A stretch of DNA of 64,000 nucleotides, taken from assembly GCA_017540645.1 (NCBI GenBank), contig JAFYAQ010000010.1, positions 25,785 through 89,784 of the forward strand. Reading direction: 5' to 3'. Below, piece after piece: positions 1-8,019 of the stretch. Under the pieces are notes generated by a model. The model was not told the origin of the DNA and ran no database searches. It saw only the letters and a list, made by a program, of their open reading frames with translations. Numbering within the stretch: position 1 is the stretch's first letter; each line of letters opens with the position of its first letter. Both the position numbers and the translations under genes were made by a program. This stretch comes from Oscillospiraceae bacterium. Its GTDB lineage: Bacteria > Bacillota > Clostridia > Oscillospirales > Oscillospiraceae.

Positions 1-1
1 A

Positions 2-1564
2 TTGCCAGTTATGAAAAAACACGTGAGACGGCTCGTTTCCGCGCTGGCGGTCTATGTCGTTCTGCTGTTTCTGCTGCTCTCGGCGGAGTCGGCAGACCCG
101 TCGGCCACTATCCGCAGTTTCTGGGACGCCGTGTGGTTTTCCCTGATCACGATGACCACGGTGGGCTACGGCGATCTGGCGCCGGTCACCCTGTTCGGCC
201 GGGCGATCGGGCTGTTCTTCGCCCTGTGCAGCATCGGCCTGTTGGCGGCGCTGATCGGTGTCGGGGTCACCTTGCTGAGCGGAGAATTCCTGCCGCGGCT
301 GCGGCTGCGCCTTGGGAAAGCAAAGCGCTGGTATGCCTTTCAGGAGGAAAACGAGGATGCGGCGGCCCTGGCCCGGGCTCTGCGCGGCGAGGACGCGGAC
401 TGTCTGCTGATCTTCCCCGCCGGGGAAAAAAAGCTTGTAGAGGGCCCCGGGGTGGAGCGTCTTTCCTGGACGCCCACGGAGCTGGTCCGGCTTCGGGGCG
501 GGACAGCCGGTCTGTGGCTGTTCTTCCTGGGCCGGAAGTATTGGGAGAACATCAACGGGGCCCTGGCGGCCTGCCCGGCGGGCGCCGTCTGCGTGTGCAT
601 GGCGGAGTCTCCCGGAGATCGCTTCCCCGCCAACCTGGTGCAGTTCAGCCCTCTTGAAGCCATGAGCCGAAGCTACTGGAAAAACCATCCGCTCAAAGAG
701 CGGGAGAAGACCGTGCTGCTGTTGGGATGCGGCGCAGCCGGCGGCGCTCTCCTGGAGCGGGCGCTGATGACCAATGTGTTCCAGCGGGGGCGGAGCACCG
801 CCTACCATGTATTTGACGACACGGCGGATTTCGCCGCGCTGCACCCGGAAGTGGTGCGGGCGCTGTCCGGGGAACATCCGGGTGAGGACCGCCTGATCTT
901 TCATACGGAGAGCTGGGCGGAAGCCCGGAACCTCCTGCAGAAGGCAGACCGTATCATTTTGGCTTACGACGACGAGAAACGGAACTTTGAGATCCTGGAA
1001 AAGATCCGGACCTGGTTTGAGAATGAGCCGACGGTGCACGTTTATCTGTCCGGGCACGTGCCCGGGGTGGAGAGCTTCGGTGGCCGGGATGAGAGCATGC
1101 GGCCGGAGTTTGTGATGAAGGATGAGCTCAACCGCCGGGCACGCCTGATGAACGATATCTACAACGAGGACTCCGGCTCCCCCACCGCCTGGGAGGAACT
1201 GAGCGCTTTCCTGCGGCAGTCGAATATCGCGGCGGCAGACCATCTGATCGTCAAGGCCCGCTTTCTGCTCCGGGAGGAAGGTCTGACGGAGCTCAGTGCT
1301 TCGGACTGCCGGAGGGCCTATGCCCGGTATCGGGAGCTCTATCCGACCCAGGCCGATCTGCTGCAGGAGATGGAGCACAGGCGCTGGATGCGGTTTTATC
1401 AGATGTACAACTGGCAGTACGCTCCGGTCCGGGACAACGACCAGCGGCGGCATCCGATGCTGCGTCCCTATGAGGAGCTGAGTGAAGCGGACCGAAGGAA
1501 GGACGCCTATGCCTGGGAGATGCTGGGCCGGCTGGGCGAAGAGAGAAGCCGGGACCATTCTTGA
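2..1564 (+). CDS. Two-TM K+ channel (TVGYGD filter) fused to Rossmann/RCK-like region and a C-terminal RyR domain
   Basis: 520-aa ORF open to the window edge (TTG at 2, ATG at 11; true start uncertain). M1 helix LVSALAVYVVLLFLLL, pore helix plus selectivity filter TMTTVGYGD, M2 helix IGLFFALCSIGLLAALIGVGV. GxGxxG (LLLGCGAAGG) near aa 236. The C-terminus (LMNDIYNE..WEELSAFLRQSNIAAADHL and EHRRWMRFYQMYNWQYAP..RRHPMLRPYEELSEADRRKD) fits the RyR-repeat pattern of bacterial RyR-domain proteins. Confidence 0.8.
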   Translation: MPVMKKHVRRLVSALAVYVVLLFLLLSAESADPSATIRSFWDAVWFSLITMTTVGYGDLAPVTLFGRAIGLFFALCSIGLLAALIGVGVTLLSGEFLPRLRLRLGKAKRWYAFQEENEDAAALARALRGEDADCLLIFPAGEKKLVEGPGVERLSWTPTELVRLRGGTAGLWLFFLGRKYWENINGALAACPAGAVCVCMAESPGDRFPANLVQFSPLEAMSRSYWKNHPLKEREKTVLLLGCGAAGGALLERALMTNVFQRGRSTAYHVFDDTADFAALHPEVVRALSGEHPGEDRLIFHTESWAEARNLLQKADRIILAYDDEKRNFEILEKIRTWFENEPTVHVYLSGHVPGVESFGGRDESMRPEFVMKDELNRRARLMNDIYNEDSGSPTAWEELSAFLRQSNIAAADHLIVKARFLLREEGLTELSASDCRRAYARYRELYPTQADLLQEMEHRRWMRFYQMYNWQYAPVRDNDQRRHPMLRPYEELSEADRRKDAYAWEMLGRLGEERSRDHS

Positions 1565-1579
1565 AAGGAGCGTGAACCC

Positions 1580-4042
1580 ATGGAACGTTTATTGCAGAGG
1601 ATTGCTAGCTTGTTCTGCGCCTCCACCCTGATGCTGTCTATCAGCGGCAGGGCCTTTGCGCAGGATGACGAGCAGCCGTTGGATCCGCCGGCGGAGATCC
1701 GGGAGACCGCTTCGGGGGATGCTTTGGGTACGCCCGATGCATCGGAGGTCCCGGAGAAAACGGACAATACCGACGAAGCTTCCATGGCTTTGCTCGCCGC
1801 GCCACAAACCGATACGGGGCTGACAGATCCTGACGTGCAAACAGACGGCGAGCCGAAAAGCGGCGAGGCGGATCAGAGCGGCGAGACCCAGGCGACGCCG
1901 GAGATCACCGTTGCCGGGACCAGCTTCTCCCCCGATGAGAACTCGAGCGGAAGCGGCTGGAGCTACGAGGCGGACAGCCAGAGCATCGTGCTTGTCAACT
2001 ATGACGGCGCCCGGCAGAGCATTCTCTCCACGGCCAGCGACGTCACCATCAAGATGGCGGGCGTGAACCGCCTGGCCGAGCTCTCGGTCGACGGCAACAT
2101 CAATCTTGTCGGCACCGGTGTGCTGCTCGTCGACAAGATCGAGATGACGGAAAACATGGCCCTCAATCTCCAGTCCAACAAAGAGATCTACGGCGAGGAC
2201 GGGGGCAGCGTGGCGGTGTTCCTCCTGCAGGATGACAACAGCTACCTGCTCATCAACGGCAGCGTGGACGCGATCCTGGACGAAGCCTATACCCTTCCCC
2301 AGGACGTGACGCTGGTGGTGCCGGACGGCTCCCGGCTGGTGCTGCAGAGCCTTGCCGTCGGCTGTCTCCTCACAGAGAAAGAGGAGAAAGTGGTCCGTTA
2401 TTCCACGAATAATGAGGATGAGGTCATCGATCAGCTGCGCAGCTTCGTCGAAAGCGAAGACGGCGGCACTCTGGATGTAGGAAACATCGATTTCTATTCC
2501 ACCTCCGCCAAGCTCACGATCCCGCAGAAGACAAAGCTGGTGATCAGCGAGATGGCCTCTATCCTCATGAAAAGCGTTAGACCGCGAACCTTTTCCTTTA
2601 TCGCGCCGGTGCTCGATGTGCAGGGGACGCTGGAGCTGAACGGCTCCGTCACGGGAGAAAGCTGGTATCAAAGCTTTGTCGTCCTCAACAGCGATCTCAG
2701 CGGCGAGGGCACCATCAGCAAAGCAGAGGTAAGCGTGAATGTGCCCCAGGATGCTCTGACGGTGAACGACGTCAATCTCCGGCTCAACGCGGGAACATCG
2801 GCCGGCGCCGCGGCGGACGGGGAAGACCCGGACATAACTCCCGCGATCGGCACGCTGACCATGTCCGATACCAATGTGCTGTCATTCAACAACAGCGCCG
2901 TCGGGGAGCTCGTTCTGCAGGACGGCGCCTCGGTTGACCTCCGGCGCCATGAGGGTGCCGACGTCCTGGCTCTGGGACAGATCAGCGGCAGCGGGACGGT
3001 CGGTTACGACGACGGCTCCTTTGCTGTCGGTTCTGTCGGGGCCGGTATCGCCCAGGATTTCGGCACCACCGGGATAACGACGTGCGGAGACGTGACATAT
3101 ATCTCCGGTCCCGACGGAGCGGTCCCCATTCCCACGCAAACGCAGGGCGGAACAATCCCGGTCGTCAACGTTTCCTTCGTGCTTCAAAACGCCACGAGCT
3201 TGATGGGCGGCGGTGTGCACAGCATTGTCTCCGAAAGCGAGTCGCAGGATAGCGAAAGCATCACTCTCAGCGGCGATACCGTAAGCTTTGCCTCCCTGGT
3301 CCAGCAGCTGCTTCCGACCGGCAGCGCGACACAAACTGTGGAGGTCTATACGGTCGGCGTGGACGGGATACTGGCGACCATCAAGCTGAGTTCAAGGGAT
3401 GCGGACGACCAAACGGAGATCCCGGTCGCTTCGATCCGCCTGATCCGTACGGTGGAATCCACCACGGAAGATCTCGGTACCGGCGGCGGCGCCTCCACCT
3501 CTACCAACACGAGCTATACCGGCAGCGGTGTGCTCGGCGGTCCCGGCGCGGGTTCTGTTCCCGGCGGCACCCAGTTTCCGATCCTAAGAGGAGCCGGCAT
3601 CCACAGGACCCAGCCCAACGACGACGATCCATCCAATCACAGCGGCGGGCAGCAACTGGGGCAAACGAATACGGAGGCTGATCAGGGCCTGTCGGATGCG
3701 GATTTCTGGGTCGAGCCGGATGAGACGGGGACATGCTCCGTCCTCTGTGCCGTGGATGGGGAGGCGACCCTGAAGGCCCACGGCGGGGTGGCGTCGGTCA
3801 GCATGAGCTATACGCCGCCGGAGGGCAGCACGGCAAAGAGCTTCTATGTGGTTTTCCGGGACAGCAGCGGAACGCTCCGGGCCTTCCGGGCGAGCTACTC
3901 CCGGCTGAGATCCGAGCTGAGCTTTGAGGCAGAGTGTCTGGGCCGCTTTGTGGTCGTGGCCTTTGACTTTGACGGAGAGGTCTTCTCCGACGCTTTCTAT
4001 GAGGCGCTTGCGCAGCGGGAAGAGCTTTCGGCCCTCAGCTGA
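1580..4042 (+). CDS. Large secreted protein, no recognisable domain (orphan)
   Basis: 820-aa ORF with RBS AAAGGAG 10 nt upstream of the ATG. N-terminal signal-peptide-like segment (LFCASTLMLSISGRAFAQDD), then an acidic low-complexity region and long Gly/Ser/Thr/Val-rich repeats resembling beta-solenoid adhesins. No LPXTG motif or C-terminal TM helix seen. Confidence 0.7.
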   Translation: MERLLQRIASLFCASTLMLSISGRAFAQDDEQPLDPPAEIRETASGDALGTPDASEVPEKTDNTDEASMALLAAPQTDTGLTDPDVQTDGEPKSGEADQSGETQATPEITVAGTSFSPDENSSGSGWSYEADSQSIVLVNYDGARQSILSTASDVTIKMAGVNRLAELSVDGNINLVGTGVLLVDKIEMTENMALNLQSNKEIYGEDGGSVAVFLLQDDNSYLLINGSVDAILDEAYTLPQDVTLVVPDGSRLVLQSLAVGCLLTEKEEKVVRYSTNNEDEVIDQLRSFVESEDGGTLDVGNIDFYSTSAKLTIPQKTKLVISEMASILMKSVRPRTFSFIAPVLDVQGTLELNGSVTGESWYQSFVVLNSDLSGEGTISKAEVSVNVPQDALTVNDVNLRLNAGTSAGAAADGEDPDITPAIGTLTMSDTNVLSFNNSAVGELVLQDGASVDLRRHEGADVLALGQISGSGTVGYDDGSFAVGSVGAGIAQDFGTTGITTCGDVTYISGPDGAVPIPTQTQGGTIPVVNVSFVLQNATSLMGGGVHSIVSESESQDSESITLSGDTVSFASLVQQLLPTGSATQTVEVYTVGVDGILATIKLSSRDADDQTEIPVASIRLIRTVESTTEDLGTGGGASTSTNTSYTGSGVLGGPGAGSVPGGTQFPILRGAGIHRTQPNDDDPSNHSGGQQLGQTNTEADQGLSDADFWVEPDETGTCSVLCAVDGEATLKAHGGVASVSMSYTPPEGSTAKSFYVVFRDSSGTLRAFRASYSRLRSELSFEAECLGRFVVVAFDFDGEVFSDAFYEALAQREELSALS

Positions 4043-4081
4043 GCCATACAGAAAAAGCAAGATGAAAAGGGGGGTAAAGCC

Positions 4082-4927
4082 GTGGAACGCTTTGATATCT
4101 GCATTCTTTCCACCGGACCGGATGCGCCCTTCGCCCGAAAACTGGCAGAGAGCATCCGCCGCTACCGGCTCCCTTCGAACACGAAGCCGGCGGACCCCTC
4201 TCTTGACTACCGGCGGATCCTGCTCGACTGCCAGGACGAGCCCTTCGGCGAGGCGGTCCGCGTGCGGCTGGAAAACAGCCGGAATCTCGTGCTGCTCTGC
4301 TCGCCGAGAACGAAAAACGATCCGACGATCCACGCAAAGCTTGCCTCTTTCCGCGCCGGTCACGATCCGGAAAGGATCGTTCTCTGCATCGTGGAAGGCG
4401 AACCCGCGGATTCTTTTCCCGAGAGTTTCATTGAAAAGAAAACCGTGCAGCACATTCTGCCGGACATGAGCGTGGTCGAGCGGATCGAGACCATCGAGCC
4501 GGTCGCCGCCGACCTGCGCGGCGCCACCGAACGGATGCGCCGCACCGTGCTTCGCTACGAGACGGTGCGCATCACGGCTTCCGTCCTCGGCATGCACCCG
4601 GACGAGCTGGAGCAGCGTCACCGGAGCCGCCGGCGCCGGGCAGCCGCCGCGGCGCTGGCCGCGGTGGGCGTCGTATGCCTTGCCGCGGCGGGGATCTTCC
4701 TGCGCCTCGGTCTGATCGCAAGAGGCGAGGGAAGGATCGCCGAGGAACAGACGAAGCTGAGCCTCTCCATCGCTCACCGGACGATCGAAGAGCTGCCCGC
4801 CTCCTTTGCGGAGGATGAACAGGCTCTCGCCTATATCGACGAGGCGATCCAGAGCGCCCGCGAAGAGCTGGACGCGCTCGGCCTCGCAGACCGGATGGAC
4901 GAGGCGGAGACGGGAGGCGGCGCATGA
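4082..4927 (+). CDS. Membrane-anchored TIR-like protein (degenerate TIR, single TM, short coiled C-terminus)
   Basis: GTG start with AAGGGGGG 8 nt upstream. The N-terminus FDICILST..NLVLLCSPRTKNDPTIHAKLASF..RIVLCIVEG aligns block by block with the TIR of the next ORF, but lacks the Trp and Glu of the SxW..xE motif. Arg-rich stretch RHRSRRRR is followed by the TM helix AAAAALAAVGVVCLAAAGIFLRLGLI. Confidence 0.7.
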   Translation: MERFDICILSTGPDAPFARKLAESIRRYRLPSNTKPADPSLDYRRILLDCQDEPFGEAVRVRLENSRNLVLLCSPRTKNDPTIHAKLASFRAGHDPERIVLCIVEGEPADSFPESFIEKKTVQHILPDMSVVERIETIEPVAADLRGATERMRRTVLRYETVRITASVLGMHPDELEQRHRSRRRRAAAAALAAVGVVCLAAAGIFLRLGLIARGEGRIAEEQTKLSLSIAHRTIEELPASFAEDEQALAYIDEAIQSAREELDALGLADRMDEAETGGGA

Positions 4928-6981
4928 GCTTCCAATACGACTTCTTCCTCAGCTACCGCCACAAGCCTCTGGACGGGGAGATCACAAAAAAGGTCTTCAA
5001 TCTGGTGGAGAGCTATCACCTGCCCCGGGCCCTCCGGGCACAGGGCTGTGAGGACGTGCGCCGCGCCTTCCGGGATACGGAGGAGCTGCCCGTCAGCCGT
5101 ATCCTTACCGATACCATCGATCAGGCTCTCCGCTCCACCCGCTGCATGATCCTGATCTGTTCCGTCGACACGCCCAGTTCCGAATGGGTAGACCGTGAGG
5201 TCGCCACCTTCATTCGGCTCGGAAGGGCGGAGCACATCTATCCGCTGCTGATCTCGGGCGATCGTGAGCGTTCCTTCCCGGCCTCCCTGAAGCTGGTGCC
5301 CGACATCGAGAGCCGCATCATGGACATCCGGGTGCCGGACAACCCGGTCAAAAAGATGATGGCAAAGGCGGAGACGGAGCTTCTGCGCGCCATTGCGGAT
5401 GTTGCCGGCTGCACGGAAGCGGAGCTTTTGCGGGAACACAAGCTCCGGAAGAACCGCCGTTTTGCCTTCCGGGTCGCTGCGGGGGTCGGAGCCTTTGCGG
5501 CGGTGGCCGGGATCTCCCTGGGCCTGATGAATCTGGCACAGAGCTACCGCGACGCCGCACAGAAACGGGAAGCGGCTTCCATGCGCATCCTCAGTGAGCT
5601 GACCTATTCCCTGCCGGACCATTTGACCAATGTGCCGGGGGCTTACAGCCGCATCGCCGGGATCCTGGAGCGCAACACGGAGGACATCAACGCCATCATG
5701 CGCCTTTCTTCGGACCGGGACAGCGCAGAGCGGGAAGTCGCGGCCAACTATGAAAAGCTTGCCAACGCCAGCACGGTACTCGGCCGCTTCGACGCTGCCT
5801 TTGCCGCGCAGGAGAAGGCCATCCGGAGTATTGAAGAACTGCAGCTCCGAAATGTGGAAGGGAGCGAGGAGGCCCTCGCCTCGGCGTTTAACAATCTGGG
5901 CAATCTTTACATAAGCGCGGGGCGCTATGAGGATGCGGCGGAAGCCTATCGGCTCGCCATTGAGCGGCAGACGGCCTCCGGAGGAGACGAGCGGACCCTG
6001 GCCGAGTTTTATATGAACGCCGGCGCCAACGCCACCGAGCTGGGAAATATGGAGGAGGCCGAGCGCTGCTTTGACTCCTGCATCGCGCTGCTGACAAACA
6101 CGGGAGAGGATAAAGGCCTCGACATTGCGGCTCAGGTCCACCTGGACTACGGGGTCATGCTCCATCGGGAGGGAAAATACGCCGACGCGGAAGAGCATCT
6201 GCGCGAGGCCTGCCGTTCCTGTGAAAAACTGCTCGCGCAGGTCGATACCAGACAGTACAGGGCTTTATATGTGAAGGCAATGAGCATGCTGGCGGTCATC
6301 TTGACGGATGCGGGAAAGTTTGAAGAGGCAGATGAAAACTACTCCCTCGCCATCCAGAAGGCGGAGGAGCTGGCGCAGGATCAGGAAAATGCCGAATATC
6401 AGCGGAACCTGGCGCAGCTGTGCAACAATTTCGCGCTGAGTCTCAACATGCGCGGCGATTACCGGGGCGCCGACACGCTGTATGAGAGGGCTGCGGAGAT
6501 CAATCGTACGCTGGCGGAAAAAACCCTCGCCGCCTCCGACCGATCCGCAGCCGCCCTGTCCCTGCTGAATCTGGGGGAAAACGCCTTCAAGCTGGGAGAC
6601 TATTCGCGCTCACGATCCTGTTTTGAAGAGGGACTGCAAATCTATCAGGCGACGGCGGACAGTTTGGGCGAGTACGATCGGGCCCAGTATCTGGCGTGGC
6701 AGTGCTACTACCTTCTGATCCATCAGCGGGATCCTCTCGGGGCTTTTGACGTGGGCTATGCGGCCTATGAACTGCAGCCGAAAAACGCCCTTGTCATGCT
6801 GAACCTTGGCTACGCCTGTCTCTACTGCGGCTATGACGAGGATGCGGATGCGCTGATCGGCGCGGTCGCGTCCCTGGGCGAGGGACAGGTGGAAACGATC
6901 TGCCGCGATCTGGAGGCCCAGCAGGCGGCAGGACTGACATCCGATCATATCCCGGCCCTGCTGGAAATGCTCCGCGGCTGA
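4924..6981 (+). CDS. TIR domain - single TM - TPR repeat protein
   Basis: ATGA start/stop overlap with the upstream ORF, GGAGG RBS. Canonical TIR N-terminus YDFFLSYRHKPLDGE, CMILICSVDTPSSEWVDREVATF (SxW..xE motif, Glu92 = GAG 5197-5199) and IYPLLISGD. KLRKNRRFAFR then TM helix VAAGVGAFAAVAGISLGLM. About 430 aa of TPR-like repeats follow (ALASAFNNLGNLYISAGRYEDAAEAY, LAQLCNNFALSLNMRGDYRGADTLYERA and others). Confidence 0.85.
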   Translation: MSFQYDFFLSYRHKPLDGEITKKVFNLVESYHLPRALRAQGCEDVRRAFRDTEELPVSRILTDTIDQALRSTRCMILICSVDTPSSEWVDREVATFIRLGRAEHIYPLLISGDRERSFPASLKLVPDIESRIMDIRVPDNPVKKMMAKAETELLRAIADVAGCTEAELLREHKLRKNRRFAFRVAAGVGAFAAVAGISLGLMNLAQSYRDAAQKREAASMRILSELTYSLPDHLTNVPGAYSRIAGILERNTEDINAIMRLSSDRDSAEREVAANYEKLANASTVLGRFDAAFAAQEKAIRSIEELQLRNVEGSEEALASAFNNLGNLYISAGRYEDAAEAYRLAIERQTASGGDERTLAEFYMNAGANATELGNMEEAERCFDSCIALLTNTGEDKGLDIAAQVHLDYGVMLHREGKYADAEEHLREACRSCEKLLAQVDTRQYRALYVKAMSMLAVILTDAGKFEEADENYSLAIQKAEELAQDQENAEYQRNLAQLCNNFALSLNMRGDYRGADTLYERAAEINRTLAEKTLAASDRSAAALSLLNLGENAFKLGDYSRSRSCFEEGLQIYQATADSLGEYDRAQYLAWQCYYLLIHQRDPLGAFDVGYAAYELQPKNALVMLNLGYACLYCGYDEDADALIGAVASLGEGQVETICRDLEAQQAAGLTSDHIPALLEMLRG

Positions 6982-6993
6982 GAGACGACAAAA

Positions 6994-7026
6994 GGACGGG
7001 ACCGCGGAGTGCTCCGCGGTCCCGTT
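6994..7026 (+). terminator. GC-rich hairpin after the TIR-TPR gene
   Basis: ggacgggaccgcggag / ctccgcggtcccgt inverted repeat 13 nt after the stop. There is no strong U-tract. A second weaker hairpin with a T-run lies at about 7045-7080. Confidence 0.5.
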
Positions 7027-7115
7027 CGATCATCCAAAATCCGACTGTTTTCCATAAAGCGAAAACAGCCGGTTCTTTGATATTTATAAGGCGCCGGTCA
7101 GGTCGCGCCCGAGAA

Positions 7116-7940
7116 TCAGAGGAGTTTTTCCAGCGCCTCCACTACGTCCCGGAGGCATTCCCCGCAGCTCCCCAGGATCTGAACGCCGGGGGCATTGGCC
7201 ACCTCCGCCGCGGCTCCCCGGGGGGCGAAGGCGTGTCCGGCAGCCCGGAGCAGGGGCAGGTCATTCCAGCTGTCCCCCACGGCGGCCAGCCGGGGCCGCT
7301 CCACGCCCAGCATCCGGCAGAGCAGGGCCACCCCCTCCCCCTTGTCGCAGCCGGCCCGGACCACGTCCACCAGGGAGCCGGAGGGCACCGCCGTGCAGTC
7401 AAAGCCGCCCTCGTTGATCCAGGCTGCGGCGGCGTGGGCCAGGTCCGAGCGGCCCGAAAGGCTGCCGGGGAACACCAGCACGATCTTGTTCCAGTCCCCG
7501 GGGACGGATTCGACGGGCTGCTCCCGGATGAGCTCCCCCATCCGGCCCAGATGCTCCTCCACCGCCGCCGTCCGACGGACCACGAAGGCCCGGGAACCCC
7601 GGTGGATCTCCGCCCCGGCGTCGGGAAAGGCGGCCAGCACGGCCGGAAGCATCTGTCGGCTGCTCTCCGGCAGAAGGCTCTCCCGGAGAACGGTCCCGTC
7701 CCGGTCGGCGATCACCGCCCCGTTGCTGACGATCACCGGCGCGTTGTGGGGAAAAAACTCCCGGATGGAGAGATAGGAACAGAGATCCCGGCCCGTAGCG
7801 ATGGTAAATCGCCCGCCGCCGTCCATGAAGCGCTCCAGCGCCTCCCGGTCCGTCGGGGATATGGGCCCTGCTGAGCCCTCCGGCCGGAGGGTATCGTCGA
7901 AATCCGACACCAGGAGCCAGCCTGCAAATTTTCCCGTCAT
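7116..7940 (-). CDS. Cof-type HAD-IIB family hydrolase
   Basis: Start moved to MTGKFAGWLLVSDFDDTL (ATG at 7940, RBS GGAAAGGAG). HAD motif I DFDDT and C-terminal GDSWNDLPLL motif. Confidence 0.85.
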   Translation of the reverse strand: MTGKFAGWLLVSDFDDTLRPEGSAGPISPTDREALERFMDGGGRFTIATGRDLCSYLSIREFFPHNAPVIVSNGAVIADRDGTVLRESLLPESSRQMLPAVLAAFPDAGAEIHRGSRAFVVRRTAAVEEHLGRMGELIREQPVESVPGDWNKIVLVFPGSLSGRSDLAHAAAAWINEGGFDCTAVPSGSLVDVVRAGCDKGEGVALLCRMLGVERPRLAAVGDSWNDLPLLRAAGHAFAPRGAAAEVANAPGVQILGSCGECLRDVVEALEKLL

Positions 7941-8019
7941 TCCCCGCTCCTTTCCGGGCCGTGAACCAAAGCGTCCACGGCGGCGTCTAACCGATAGAAT
8001 ACGCATTTGGGAGGACCCC

